IMG/VR virus record: IMGVR_UViG_3300042399_002267
DNA: 64,000 nt
DNA from: a virus
Direction: 5' to 3' (one strand)
Position 1 is the first letter of the stretch. Each line of letters begins with the position of its first letter. The notes below the pieces were generated by a model. The model ran no database searches, was not told the origin of the DNA, and saw only the letters and a program-made list of their open reading frames with translations. The position numbers and the translations under genes are program-made. Below, one piece after another: positions 28,425 through 38,491 of the stretch.

Positions 28425-29240
28425 TTATTGATGATAGGTTAGTGATAATACAGAATTATTCTCTGCTATAAAACCATTCTTGCCATTATGATACTTCCTT
28501 GGATCAAGATTTGCAAGAATTATTTTGTCATTTCGCTTCAACTCTTTGGGTCTCAAACAAAGAGGTAATCGATCAAATTCATTTAAGAAATAAGAATTTG
28601 GAATTTGTTTTAAAAGTTGGTAATAATTTTCCTTAGCAATAATTCTATATCGCCAAGGATCTGTTTGATTTTGCATTATGTGAGACAATACTTTGGAGTC
28701 ATAACCATTGCTCACAACTTCAAAATTCCTTGATTTAACCACCATCTGAGATGATTTAATTGCATTTCTGACTGATGACTCACTTTGACCTGTATTTTTG
28801 CATATGGTTGAAATACTAATAGGTCTATGGTCTTCGTATCTTGAAGCAACAATAGCAATAAATATTTCTCTAATTTGCTTTGATGAGCAATTGTGAAATA
28901 TCTTAATTGGAATTTTTATAGGCTTACATCTAGTAATATCAGGACTTAATCTTTTGATTATAGAATTTATCCCTAGCAAGCCTAACTGTTTTTTTCCATG
29001 TTTACCATAAGGTTTTCGCCAATATGTATTTTCACCCTTGGATATTTTTGTATATGCCCAAGTTGATTTCAATGACAAAACTTTGTTGGTGATATTTAAT
29101 ATATCAGCCAGATTCACAATACCATTTCCTTCAATGTCAATCTTTTTAGATAAAAGCCAAATAATATACAAATCAGCCTCATTGTTTTTTAAACAACTAG
29201 CTGCTATTTCTGGATATATTATAAGATGCTTGTCAATCAT
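28425..29240 (-). CDS. Winged-helix/HTH DNA-binding protein, possible replication-associated
   Basis: HTH-like ISISTICKNTGQSESSVRNAIK; lies in the replication operon. Confidence 0.45.
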   Translation of the reverse strand: MIDKHLIIYPEIAASCLKNNEADLYIIWLLSKKIDIEGNGIVNLADILNITNKVLSLKSTWAYTKISKGENTYWRKPYGKHGKKQLGLLGINSIIKRLSPDITRCKPIKIPIKIFHNCSSKQIREIFIAIVASRYEDHRPISISTICKNTGQSESSVRNAIKSSQMVVKSRNFEVVSNGYDSKVLSHIMQNQTDPWRYRIIAKENYYQLLKQIPNSYFLNEFDRLPLCLRPKELKRNDKIILANLDPRKYHNGKNGFIAENNSVLSLTYHQ

Positions 29241-29491
29241 TGAATTATATTAGAAAACTTTTCCAACTCTCTTTCTACACCAGCTCTGATAATATATTTA
29301 TCTATTTCTTCATCTTCCAAGTCTGGAAAGGATGCTGACAACATTGTTTTCAAGATATTGTATTTTGCAGCACTTGAGCCTTTGATAATAACATTAATTG
29401 AAATCTCTTGGGGTGGATTTCTAAATGCTTCTTCAATTTTTTCTACTATTTCTTGTCTTGGAGCAATGTTCAAATTAAGATTGTGATTCAT
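29237..29491 (-). CDS. Small hypothetical protein
   Basis: 84-aa ORF coupled on both sides within the operon. Confidence 0.55.
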   Translation of the reverse strand: MNHNLNLNIAPRQEIVEKIEEAFRNPPQEISINVIIKGSSAAKYNILKTMLSASFPDLEDEEIDKYIIRAGVERELEKFSNIIQ

Positions 29492-30101
29492 TGTACTTTA
29501 GCATCTTTTCTTTTGATTGTTTACCAAAATCTTTCCACACTTTGGTCAAGTTTTTATAGTCTTGCTTTTCAGTGAGAAGTTCAATTTCTTTATAAACAGA
29601 TTCTACCCAATTGAAATCTTCATCATTTATATTTACTAATCTTAAGAACTTTTTAGATCTGTCACTAAATGCAATAAGGAAGTTTGTTTCGGACAAACCA
29701 CCAGGAAATTTATTTTCATTTTCTTTATTGAGATAATCATTAATAGTAGACTTAAATTCATTTACCAAATATTTGAAATCTAAATTGGTAGTTTCAACTT
29801 CAATACCAGAATATGAAGAAATTTTCTGGATTGCTTCAATAAAATTCAAGCCTTCAACATTTTGAACTAGTTTGATAATATCCCCAGTAGCACCACAGCC
29901 AAAACAATTATATCGATTTGATTCTGTGTTCACTCCAAAAGAAGGATTAGAATCATCATGATTTGGCATTGGGCAACAAGTATTTGCCCAATTAGACATC
30001 TTGGAATCAACGAAATCAGAATTGTATTCGTCTTCCATATAGTTAGCAATAGAAACTGTGCTAATTAATGTATCTATGTATTGCCTAGTGATTTTTTCCA
30101 T
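29475..30101 (-). CDS. Stand-alone CHC2 primase zinc-binding domain protein
   Basis: CCPMPNHDDSNPSFGV...YNCFGCGATGDIIKLVQNVEGLNFIEAIQKI; start at 30101 (TAATG with the dnaB stop). Confidence 0.85.
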   Translation of the reverse strand: MEKITRQYIDTLISTVSIANYMEDEYNSDFVDSKMSNWANTCCPMPNHDDSNPSFGVNTESNRYNCFGCGATGDIIKLVQNVEGLNFIEAIQKISSYSGIEVETTNLDFKYLVNEFKSTINDYLNKENENKFPGGLSETNFLIAFSDRSKKFLRLVNINDEDFNWVESVYKEIELLTEKQDYKNLTKVWKDFGKQSKEKMLKYNESQS

Positions 30102-31657
30102 TATGAAAGAACCCAATCTGCAAGGTTGATTTCTTCTTCATCATCATCTTGGACTCTCTCAAATCCAATTTCTTCCACTTCATCTAATTTCTTGGGATGC
30201 AATGGAGTTTTGCCACCAGTAACTTCAGAAGTTGATTTTACAGTGACATTTCCACTAGCTGCAGTATGATAACCCATTATAGTCTCTTGCTCTTCAGGTG
30301 TCATTTCTTCAACTTTGTTATATTCTGGATTCATTCTTACTGGAAAAGGATTGAACCAAGCATCGCGCATTTTAACAGGATGAAATACACAATATCCCTT
30401 TTCACGATTAGGTTCCATTGCAATAGCATATGTGCAAAGGTGCATTAAGTTTTGTCCACCAGAAGCAGCAGCTTGATCATAAGACATGAATTTATTAGCT
30501 TCTTTGGACTTTCTAGAATCTCTGATAGTTTCTCTGTTTATCTGTTGTGCTGTGATAATTGGAATGTTGTATCTTTTAGCCATTTTGAATAATTCTGTAA
30601 TTGCTTTAGATTGATTTTCCCAGTCTTTTGCACCATTGACAGCATTCCTAACAGTCATGTTACCTATGTAGTCAACAACTAACATATCTGGTTTGCCTTT
30701 AGTAGCAATCAATTCTCTGATTTTTTGATCAATATACTCAGGAGTAGGATCTTCCATGTTTACATCGTATTCAAAATAAGCTCCGGATTTAGAATCATTC
30801 AACCCATCAACAATAGACTTTAATTCATCTGGAGACAAATTATTATCTTTGAGTTGAGAATATGGAATTTCAAATGACAGAGATATATGCCTTAATAGAC
30901 ATAACCAAGAGTTCATTTCAAAAGACATGTAAAGAACATTCTTTTTATTTTTTCTGTGAGCATGAATAGCAGAATTCAAAAGCATTACAGATTTTCCACC
31001 AGAAGAAGGAGCTAAGAAAACTACAATCTGACCTGGTAACCATCCAAATGTCTTAGTATCGATGTTGCTAACACCACATTCAATACCCTTAAATAATTCA
31101 GGATGATTTATTCTTTTATCATATTCATTTCTGAAAAAATCACCAGATTGAGTGACATCAAATGAATGTCTATCAGCACCAAATTCAGAAAGCTCTTCTT
31201 GAATTTTGTCTAGATTGTCTCTAATGACATTAACTGTTGATTTGATGTCCTGTTGAGTGAAAGAAGCATGACTTTCATCCAACATGTCAGTGAGGATGTT
31301 GTAGCACCTTCGCTCTTTTATCTGAGAAAGAACTTCATGAAAATCATTTTCATTAACTTCTGTATTTTCAATTTCTTCCCAAAGAGTGAGTACTTTTGCT
31401 TTTGATCTTTCTTTCACCTTAGGGTCATTAAGTTTTTGACCCAATACGTATGATGTAAATAAAGATCCACCTGACAATTCATAATACTTAAGGATTAAGT
31501 CAAAAATGCCTTTGGTGTATGAAACTGTTTCGCTTTCAGCAATATAATTGAAGTGATCTTTAGTAATATTTTTAGACAGCAATTTGTCCATACTTTTAGC
31601 ACTTTTAGTGATATGGGCAAGTGCTAAAACTTCTAAATCATAGTGTTCTTGACTCAT
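30101..31657 (-). CDS. dnaB: Replicative DnaB-like (SF4) helicase
   Basis: APSSGGKS Walker A, YMSFEM, LVVDYIG, ITAQQINR. Confidence 0.9.
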   Translation of the reverse strand: MSQEHYDLEVLALAHITKSAKSMDKLLSKNITKDHFNYIAESETVSYTKGIFDLILKYYELSGGSLFTSYVLGQKLNDPKVKERSKAKVLTLWEEIENTEVNENDFHEVLSQIKERRCYNILTDMLDESHASFTQQDIKSTVNVIRDNLDKIQEELSEFGADRHSFDVTQSGDFFRNEYDKRINHPELFKGIECGVSNIDTKTFGWLPGQIVVFLAPSSGGKSVMLLNSAIHAHRKNKKNVLYMSFEMNSWLCLLRHISLSFEIPYSQLKDNNLSPDELKSIVDGLNDSKSGAYFEYDVNMEDPTPEYIDQKIRELIATKGKPDMLVVDYIGNMTVRNAVNGAKDWENQSKAITELFKMAKRYNIPIITAQQINRETIRDSRKSKEANKFMSYDQAAASGGQNLMHLCTYAIAMEPNREKGYCVFHPVKMRDAWFNPFPVRMNPEYNKVEEMTPEEQETIMGYHTAASGNVTVKSTSEVTGGKTPLHPKKLDEVEEIGFERVQDDDEEEINLADWVLS

Positions 31658-31660
31658 CTT

Positions 31661-32467
31661 TTACCTTACTGTCTGTGGTAATCGTATGTGAAGGCAATTC
31701 TTAATTAATGAATTCCAACCACTACCACCATTATAATTGAGTATATTTCCAAATGTCATTATAATGGATGGTTTGCCAGAATTCAATCTAGCTTTGGAAA
31801 CTCTATCCAGCTGTGGAATTATTTGAGGAGGCATATATTGGTATATCTCCACCCCATCAATAGCAATAAAATCTAAATGCTTAAATTCTTCTAGTAAAGT
31901 ATCTGCTTCTGATTTTTTGTCAAAATCAGACAATGTTTGAATCATATCAGCCCAATCATAATATTTAGCAGTGAGACCTTGCCTTATTGCAGATTGAACC
32001 AAAACACTAGCGATAAATGTCTTGCCAGAGCCATAACTTCCCTCAAACATCATAGAATGAAGATTGTTCCTGATGTTACCTGTGTGAGTGATCTTTATAT
32101 TGACCCCATTGCAGATTTTATATAAATTTTTATCATAAAACTTCAACAATGAATAAACCATCTCACTTATTTTTTGTTGAGGACCAAGATCATTACCCAA
32201 CGAGTCAGTGCGAGTGTTCCAATCATCTGAAGTTTTTTTATAAAAAAGTGAAGGCACATTTGCTCTTTGAAACAACTCAAGAAAAAACTTTTCCTTGGTA
32301 CAAGTGCACATGACAGCTTTGCCTTGATAGTTTGTTGTGTAACCATTGTAGTCACACACAAAGCAGCCTTTGCCTTCTTTCATTCTTGCTAGCTTAGCAT
32401 GATGCTTCATATCATCAACAGTAATTTTCAATCCTATTAAATCTTCAAAGATATCACTGTCGCTCAT
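31661..32467 (-). CDS. DnaC/IstB-like helicase loader AAA+ ATPase
   Basis: N-terminal CFVC...CTC zinc site, GSYGSGKT, LDFIAIDG; directly upstream of dnaB. Confidence 0.75.
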   Translation of the reverse strand: MSDSDIFEDLIGLKITVDDMKHHAKLARMKEGKGCFVCDYNGYTTNYQGKAVMCTCTKEKFFLELFQRANVPSLFYKKTSDDWNTRTDSLGNDLGPQQKISEMVYSLLKFYDKNLYKICNGVNIKITHTGNIRNNLHSMMFEGSYGSGKTFIASVLVQSAIRQGLTAKYYDWADMIQTLSDFDKKSEADTLLEEFKHLDFIAIDGVEIYQYMPPQIIPQLDRVSKARLNSGKPSIIMTFGNILNYNGGSGWNSLIKNCLHIRLPQTVR

Positions 32468-34080
32468 TATAAATCTTCCTCTTTAAAATCTGGCATGTTG
32501 TATTTTACATCATTACAAGAAGCATTTCTAGCACGATCTGAAGCCCATTTTCTTAAAGCTTCAATATCTTCTTTCATGAGCTTGGAAATGGGAACTGTAT
32601 TCTCCAGAGATAAAAGAATATCATTTGTTGTGATTTCTCTTTTGTTGTCGCTAAATGCTTCATACAATGCAGATTCTATAGAGGATTCAATTTCAGCACC
32701 AGTATAAAATTGAGATTCTTTTGCCAGTGTAGATAAGTTAAATTTGTCAATATTTCTTCCACGTTTTTCAATGTGGATTTCAAATATTTTTTTTCTTTCT
32801 GTGAGATTTGGAAGATCAACAAAAAATATTTCATCAAATCTGCCTTTTCTCAATAATTCTGGCGGTAGGTTTGAAACATCATTAGCTGTTGCAATGACAA
32901 AAACTGGCGCTGTTCTTTCTTGCATCCAAGTGAGCCAAGAACCCAAAACTCTTGAAGTTGTTCCACCATCAGTAGATCCAGAAGATCTGGTGCCTGACAT
33001 TCCTTTGTCGATTTCATCACACCATAATATGCAGGGAGCAACTGATTCTGCTACTCTAAATACCTGCCTCATATTATTTTCAGATGAACCTACCAGACCT
33101 GAAAATACTTTTCCCATATCTAATCTTAGCAATGGAAAATTCCAATAAGAAGATACAGCTTTAGCAAATAAAGATTTTCCAGCACCCTGAATACCTACAA
33201 GTAAAATACCTTTTGGACTTGAAGGAAGCCCATAATCCACTGCATCTTGTGAAAAAGCATTTTGTCTCTTGTAAAGCCAAGTTTTCAAGCCATCAAGACC
33301 ACCAATTTTATCTAGATTTGTCTCTGGGTCAATCCAATCTAGCAAACCTGATTTCCTGATAATATCTTTCTTTTGCTGGGAAATAGCCTCATTAGAAAGT
33401 TCTGAATGTTTTATCATGCAATATGCACACACTTGTTCACATTCAGATAGTGTAAGACCACGAAATGAATTAACAATTGAATCTAATTCATCTTCAGTGT
33501 ATTGAGTCTTGAATTTATCTGCAAGATTTTTTCTTTGGGATGCTCTTTTTAGCAAATCACCAATCTTTATTTTTATTTCAGATTTGCTAGGTAATGGATA
33601 ATCAAGAACAGGAAGAAATTTTTCCAATTCTGAAGGTATTTCTAATGAATTGGAAATGATAACAAGAGTTTTATTTTCAGTAATAAATTGCTGAGAAAGA
33701 TTCTTGATTTGCCTTATAATTCTTAATTCAATCTGATTCTTATAGTTATTGGAACCAAAAAATTTATTAAAATCTTTTACCACTAAAATTGCATATTTAT
33801 TTTTTGGTACAACAAGATCTTTGAACCAAGTAAGAATTTCATCTTGATCTAGAATTCTTTCGTTTGGTTTTACAGGTAGAAATTCAGGATATGAAGAGTG
33901 TAAGCCAGATACTATATCCCATTGTAATAAATCCCAAGAAGGACTTGCATTTGAACATAATTCGTCAATTGCATCAACAACTCTGTTTTCTTCTTGGGTG
34001 ACAAGATAAATGATAGGTCTTTTTGATCTGATCAATAAATCAAGTTCTTTAATTATTTCTTGGGAATCTAGTATATTCAT
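32467..34080 (-). CDS. Ycf46-like AAA+ ATPase
   Basis: Degenerate N-terminal AAA domain (LIRSKRPIIYLVTQEENRV), then IGGLDGLKTWL, GIQGAGKS, LWCDEIDK, WMQERTAPVFVIATAN, RKGRFDEIFFVDLP. Confidence 0.85.
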   Translation of the reverse strand: MNILDSQEIIKELDLLIRSKRPIIYLVTQEENRVVDAIDELCSNASPSWDLLQWDIVSGLHSSYPEFLPVKPNERILDQDEILTWFKDLVVPKNKYAILVVKDFNKFFGSNNYKNQIELRIIRQIKNLSQQFITENKTLVIISNSLEIPSELEKFLPVLDYPLPSKSEIKIKIGDLLKRASQRKNLADKFKTQYTEDELDSIVNSFRGLTLSECEQVCAYCMIKHSELSNEAISQQKKDIIRKSGLLDWIDPETNLDKIGGLDGLKTWLYKRQNAFSQDAVDYGLPSSPKGILLVGIQGAGKSLFAKAVSSYWNFPLLRLDMGKVFSGLVGSSENNMRQVFRVAESVAPCILWCDEIDKGMSGTRSSGSTDGGTTSRVLGSWLTWMQERTAPVFVIATANDVSNLPPELLRKGRFDEIFFVDLPNLTERKKIFEIHIEKRGRNIDKFNLSTLAKESQFYTGAEIESSIESALYEAFSDNKREITTNDILLSLENTVPISKLMKEDIEALRKWASDRARNASCNDVKYNMPDFKEEDL

Positions 34081-34910
34081 TTTAAAAATTTATCGTATTT
34101 AAACCGTGGCTCTCCTGGGTAATCTTCTTCTCGCCACCATGATTCTTTGCTAAACTTCTTTGCTAAAAAAAACAAATCTCTCCAATTTAGCAAAGCAAAT
34201 TCTGGTATGTAAGGAGATCGAGATATTGATTTTTGAAATATATCAGACAATATCTTTTTCTCTTCAACAGTTCCAGACTCAAATTTAGTAAACAACTTAG
34301 ATAATCCAGCAACTACATTGTCATAAGATATATCTTTTTGATGAATAAAATAAGTGGCAGCAATAGGAATACCGTATTTTGCAAGAATTTCTTTTGATCT
34401 ACCTTTATCATCCATGTCCTTAACTTCATTAAAAATATCAATCAAGCTAATATTAGCACTGGTAAGAACAACATCTTGGTAGAATTTATTCAAGAACTTT
34501 CGTAGATTCATCAGTAAAAATGAACCTACTGACTGTAGTAAAACAGAGTTATTCAAGAAGCACCAATCAATAAACTTTTTGGTCCATATTTGTTTGGGTA
34601 ATTGATTTTCTTCCATGAAATCAAATATTTCATTAATAAGTTTGTTGTCAGAAATATATGTTATTTTGTATTTGCCTTTGAAAATTTTATAATATTCTTC
34701 TGCAAAATAATCGACAAAATTCTTACTGGACCAATTTTCTATAGAATCAGGCAAAGTCTTATCGTTCTTCTCAACCAAAGTAGTTTTCTTTCTCCGTTTG
34801 TTGGCAGCAAAAGGATTAGAAAGTTCAGATTGTGAAGGTACAGGTTTAGAATAAATTGACGTGACCATTTCTACTGTGCTATCCGTTTTTTTAAGACTCA
34901 TTTTAACCAT
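34077..34910 (-). CDS. Hypothetical protein, possible replication initiator/DnaD-like
   Basis: Basic N-terminus plus helical core (NWSSKNFVDYF...); precedes the AAA-DnaC-DnaB genes. Function is inferred from context. Confidence 0.35.
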   Translation of the reverse strand: MVKMSLKKTDSTVEMVTSIYSKPVPSQSELSNPFAANKRRKKTTLVEKNDKTLPDSIENWSSKNFVDYFAEEYYKIFKGKYKITYISDNKLINEIFDFMEENQLPKQIWTKKFIDWCFLNNSVLLQSVGSFLLMNLRKFLNKFYQDVVLTSANISLIDIFNEVKDMDDKGRSKEILAKYGIPIAATYFIHQKDISYDNVVAGLSKLFTKFESGTVEEKKILSDIFQKSISRSPYIPEFALLNWRDLFFLAKKFSKESWWREEDYPGEPRFKYDKFLK

Positions 34911-35604
34911 CTATTAGAGATTTTTGTTCTTCTTGGATTACATCATATGTTACAGGTGTCATGTTTGCAATACCGTCTTTTTTTGTAACCCTTATTATCT
35001 TGTTTGCTATTTTTCCAAAGATCTCTTGTCTATGAGTATTAAGAATTAATTGCAAATCATTTTCTTCGACATGGTATTTGATAAACTCAATTAGATTTTC
35101 CATTTTGCTATCTGCAGATACAGCAGACCATGATTCATCCAAAATGATAAATGCATCATGCTTCTTCATTTTAAGAAATGCTAATCTGGTCAAAGCACTT
35201 GCCACTTCAAGCAATCCACCACCACGGTCATCTATTCCAGTGACTAATTCTTCACCATTTGAATTGGAAACAATTTCAAAACTGATATTGAAACCAGATT
35301 TTTGTCCTTGTTCTCTTTGCTCTTCATGCTTGTTGAATTGAACACGATAATCGTCTCCGTAAATAAACTTAACACCTAAAGTTACAATACTTTCAATTGT
35401 ATCAATAGCTGAATCGCGAATTTCTGTTGCTTTTGAAATCATCATCACTTCAGCCTTTTGAGTATAAGTTTTATCTAGTTTAAGCTTTTCAAGTTGAGTG
35501 TTTAATAAATTTAATCTATCAACATCATTTTTTTTCTGTTTTTCAAGATACTCTAAATGTCTGTCGATTTTGTCGTACTTTTGTTTAAGATCTTTCAGTG
35601 TCAT
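34903..35604 (-). CDS. SbcC/Rad50 C-terminal half (coiled coil, ABC signature, Walker B)
   Basis: RGGGLLEVASALTRLA (signature), IILDESWSAV (Walker B/D-loop), ILNTH (H-loop). Confidence 0.8.
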   Translation of the reverse strand: MTLKDLKQKYDKIDRHLEYLEKQKKNDVDRLNLLNTQLEKLKLDKTYTQKAEVMMISKATEIRDSAIDTIESIVTLGVKFIYGDDYRVQFNKHEEQREQGQKSGFNISFEIVSNSNGEELVTGIDDRGGGLLEVASALTRLAFLKMKKHDAFIILDESWSAVSADSKMENLIEFIKYHVEENDLQLILNTHRQEIFGKIANKIIRVTKKDGIANMTPVTYDVIQEEQKSLIDG

Positions 35605-35858
35605 TCTGCGTTTTTTATCTCGCTAAGAATTTGTTCTGCTTCGCCTAATTTTTCAACAAGAGTTTGATCAGTAGAGTCATATAAACTCTGGAGCTTGTTT
35701 ACTCCAATCCCATATTTTGTTTTAACCTCTGTAGATGTATTTTTGAAATCTGTGAGAAGAACTTCAAGTTCTTTTTCTTTAATATCTTTAACAGTTTCAG
35801 CTCGTGTGATTTCATCTCGCAAAGCTTTTATTCGTTTTGTGTAATCTGCGATATCCAT
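35601..35858 (-). CDS. Small coiled-coil protein, possible middle fragment of SbcC
   Basis: 85 aa with heptad periodicity; sits between sbcD and the SbcC C-half. Confidence 0.55.
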   Translation of the reverse strand: MDIADYTKRIKALRDEITRAETVKDIKEKELEVLLTDFKNTSTEVKTKYGIGVNKLQSLYDSTDQTLVEKLGEAEQILSEIKNAE

Positions 35859-36845
35859 TTATGCCTCTGTCTTTTTAGTGTTGTTGTTGAACTTTATCAT
35901 AGCATTTACAGCAATTTCAATTACTTCTTCTTCAACATCTCTCGCCTTTGCAAAATCTTTAATCGCTTCAATTTTGTCTTCCAAAGTTGTGTAAGACCAT
36001 GTACCAGATTGAAATGATGCAGTTTGCTTTACAAATTCCTTAAGTTCTTGCTTTACAGCTTTCTCTTCTTTGATTTCTTCCAATCTGAAAACTTGCTCTG
36101 CTGGCAAGGCAGTTTTCAAAGGAATATATTCAATATTGTATGTATTTCCATCCAAATCGTATTCCATCAATACAACATAGATATCTCTTTCCAAATTGTC
36201 TTTTTTAGCAGATGTTCTTCCTACAGCCCCTGGATTGATGAACATTCTGCCATCACTTCTTTCCTGGGACATAGGTGTATGAATATGACCAGCAAACACA
36301 ACTTGGGTATTAGGATGAAGTGGTAAATCCTTAAACATCGTGACTCGATACATACTGTTAGGCTTGTCTGATATAGCAGCATGACATGCCCAAATAACTG
36401 CAGGTTGAGTGGTCAAGAATCCATTTTCAAGACTCTCCTCAATATCTGGAATAAAATGAGCAAATGCTACGCTAAATTCAGCACAGTAATCCATTTTTTC
36501 AATGACATTTGCTTCAATCAAAGATCCTAAATCAGATTCCATGAGTGGATATGAACTTTCGATATCATGATTGCCCACAACAACGAATTTTCTGAATGAC
36601 CATGGTTCTCCATTTTTTTGACTATGCAAATGTTTGATCAGAGTGTTTCTTGTTTTTGGTCCTGATAGCCTGTGGTCAAAAATATCGCCTAAATATATAA
36701 CATAATCAACTTTATTAGCTTCCGCTATCTCTAAGGTTTCTAGAAATTTATTTGTCGATGTGAGCCAATATTCATCAATTCTATTGGCTGGATTTTTGTC
36801 TTTGCAATGGTTGTCACCCACAACAAGTGTTTTGATTTTTTTCAA
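35859..36845 (-). CDS. sbcD: SbcD/Mre11-like metallophosphoesterase nuclease
   Basis: GDNH, LGDIFD, GNHD, CH, GHIH and NPGA motifs. Confidence 0.88.
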   Translation of the reverse strand: MKKIKTLVVGDNHCKDKNPANRIDEYWLTSTNKFLETLEIAEANKVDYVIYLGDIFDHRLSGPKTRNTLIKHLHSQKNGEPWSFRKFVVVGNHDIESSYPLMESDLGSLIEANVIEKMDYCAEFSVAFAHFIPDIEESLENGFLTTQPAVIWACHAAISDKPNSMYRVTMFKDLPLHPNTQVVFAGHIHTPMSQERSDGRMFINPGAVGRTSAKKDNLERDIYVVLMEYDLDGNTYNIEYIPLKTALPAEQVFRLEEIKEEKAVKQELKEFVKQTASFQSGTWSYTTLEDKIEAIKDFAKARDVEEEVIEIAVNAMIKFNNNTKKTEA

Positions 36846-38005
36846 ATTAATTCACCACCAAATTTGTTACAAATATCGCAAACAATCTTTTCATCAATCA
36901 AGATAGTTTTGATTCTCTCATACTCTTGCTTATCAGTATCAATCTTGCTAGCTAAATTTGAAATTTCATTATTTTTAGTGTCAATCAAAGTTTTCTGGTC
37001 AGAAAAAAAATCAATAAACTTTTTCAAATCATTCAATTTATTTTTCAATGATTCAATGTCAGAAATTGATTGCACGAAGTTGTCATCACAAATGGCTGTA
37101 GCTTTTGAGATTTCAGTTTCAAGAGCTGCTTTATTATTGTTGTATTTATTTACTATTTTTATATATGCAGATAGATTTTTAAATTTATCTTCTAAAGTTT
37201 CCAAATCATTCAAATGATCAGACACGGAGTTTATTATTTTGTCACATTCGCCAATGGTGTTAGAAATTTCACGATTAGAATCTTTTAATCTTTGAAGTTT
37301 ATCTATATATTCAGAAATCTGTTTGCAATCTTGCTCAATCAAAGTGCAATTATTTAAAAGTTCTTCAAGATTTATTTTGTGAAGTAAATCATTTTCTAAA
37401 TCAGCGTATTTTTCATCAATCTCAGATTTAAGCTGATCATAATCTTTGGATTTTGATTTAAAAGATTTTTCAATTGTATGCACTTCAGATCCAAGATTTT
37501 TACCCACTTCTTCAAGATCTCCAATATTGAGAAGTTGAGATAAAGTTTTGGGCATAGATTGTGATGTCTGATCAATCAAAAATAATTTCTTCGATTGTTT
37601 GGCATAATACAAGGCTTTGTTTTCTTCATCTTTTGGTAAGTTCAGAAGAAAAGTATTTACAGCCTCAGGGTATTTTGTGCTAAAGTTTGAATACACAGTG
37701 AAGTTTTCATCTTCAGGATGTTTGAATTCAACTTTATTTACACTGTCGCCCTTGGAACGTGATATCACTCTGCCATCAGAAAATTCAACTGTTACTTTAG
37801 CAAACTTAGCCTTTGTTAGTTTATTAACGTAGGATGTGCCTGAAGACATATTGTCAAGAACAAACATCAACGCTCTGACAAAAGCTGTTTTTCCACTGTC
37901 TGAAGTGCCAGTGATAATATTCGTACCAGGCTCAAGAGTGACAAATGTATCTTTGTGATTGGCAAAGTTTTCTATCCTGACGCTTTTTATATGATTTCCA
38001 TTCAT
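36842..38005 (-). CDS. SbcC/Rad50 N-terminal half (Walker A, Q-loop, coiled coil, zinc hook)
   Basis: IENFANHKDT, GTSDSGKT, YAKQ, long coil, ends in VCDICNKFGG. Confidence 0.85.
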   Translation of the reverse strand: MNGNHIKSVRIENFANHKDTFVTLEPGTNIITGTSDSGKTAFVRALMFVLDNMSSGTSYVNKLTKAKFAKVTVEFSDGRVISRSKGDSVNKVEFKHPEDENFTVYSNFSTKYPEAVNTFLLNLPKDEENKALYYAKQSKKLFLIDQTSQSMPKTLSQLLNIGDLEEVGKNLGSEVHTIEKSFKSKSKDYDQLKSEIDEKYADLENDLLHKINLEELLNNCTLIEQDCKQISEYIDKLQRLKDSNREISNTIGECDKIINSVSDHLNDLETLEDKFKNLSAYIKIVNKYNNNKAALETEISKATAICDDNFVQSISDIESLKNKLNDLKKFIDFFSDQKTLIDTKNNEISNLASKIDTDKQEYERIKTILIDEKIVCDICNKFGGELI

Positions 38006-38490
38006 TTCATCATAATACTATCCAATAAATCAGGAAAATGCAATTCTATAAATTCATCCTTGACTAAAGAAAGTACATCATTTATTTCGTTGAGTTTTGG
38101 AATATAAATTTTATTTATTTGAGCTTCTTCAATGATTATTAGCCCTCGCATTGAGCAACATTTTGATTGTTTTTGGTCAATAAAAATTCTATTACACGAT
38201 GCACATGTAAATTTGCATTTTGAATACAAGGGTATTGCTATTTGCGATTCCGTATTTATATCATGAGATGCAAATGATAAATATGTTGAAGAATGATAAT
38301 CTTTATTGTAATGACATGTTTTCTTAATAATCTTACCTTCAGTTTCAATTTCAATAATCTTTTTTTGTTTTATTTTATAATTATCACTGAAGGCAAATTT
38401 GTTGTCTGAAATTTTATATGGTTCTGCCACTTTTACCATAATTTCATTTTTGAATTTGGTGAATCTATATAAATGAGAAGGGGTATTCAT
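38002..38490 (-). CDS. Hypothetical protein with CxxC...CC
   Basis: Coupled to the SbcC N-half (ATGA). The start is uncertain (38490 or 38439); the track start at 38601 overlaps a plus-strand gene. Confidence 0.45.
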   Translation of the reverse strand: MNTPSHLYRFTKFKNEIMVKVAEPYKISDNKFAFSDNYKIKQKKIIEIETEGKIIKKTCHYNKDYHSSTYLSFASHDINTESQIAIPLYSKCKFTCASCNRIFIDQKQSKCCSMRGLIIIEEAQINKIYIPKLNEINDVLSLVKDEFIELHFPDLLDSIMMK

Positions 38491-38491
38491 A

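Noticed and set aside
5233-38005. Bacterial chromosome or CPR/endosymbiont fragment
   Set aside because: TerL, a gp32-like SSB, dense short orphan genes, split primase/SbcC and the absence of ribosomal or other housekeeping genes fit a large phage better.
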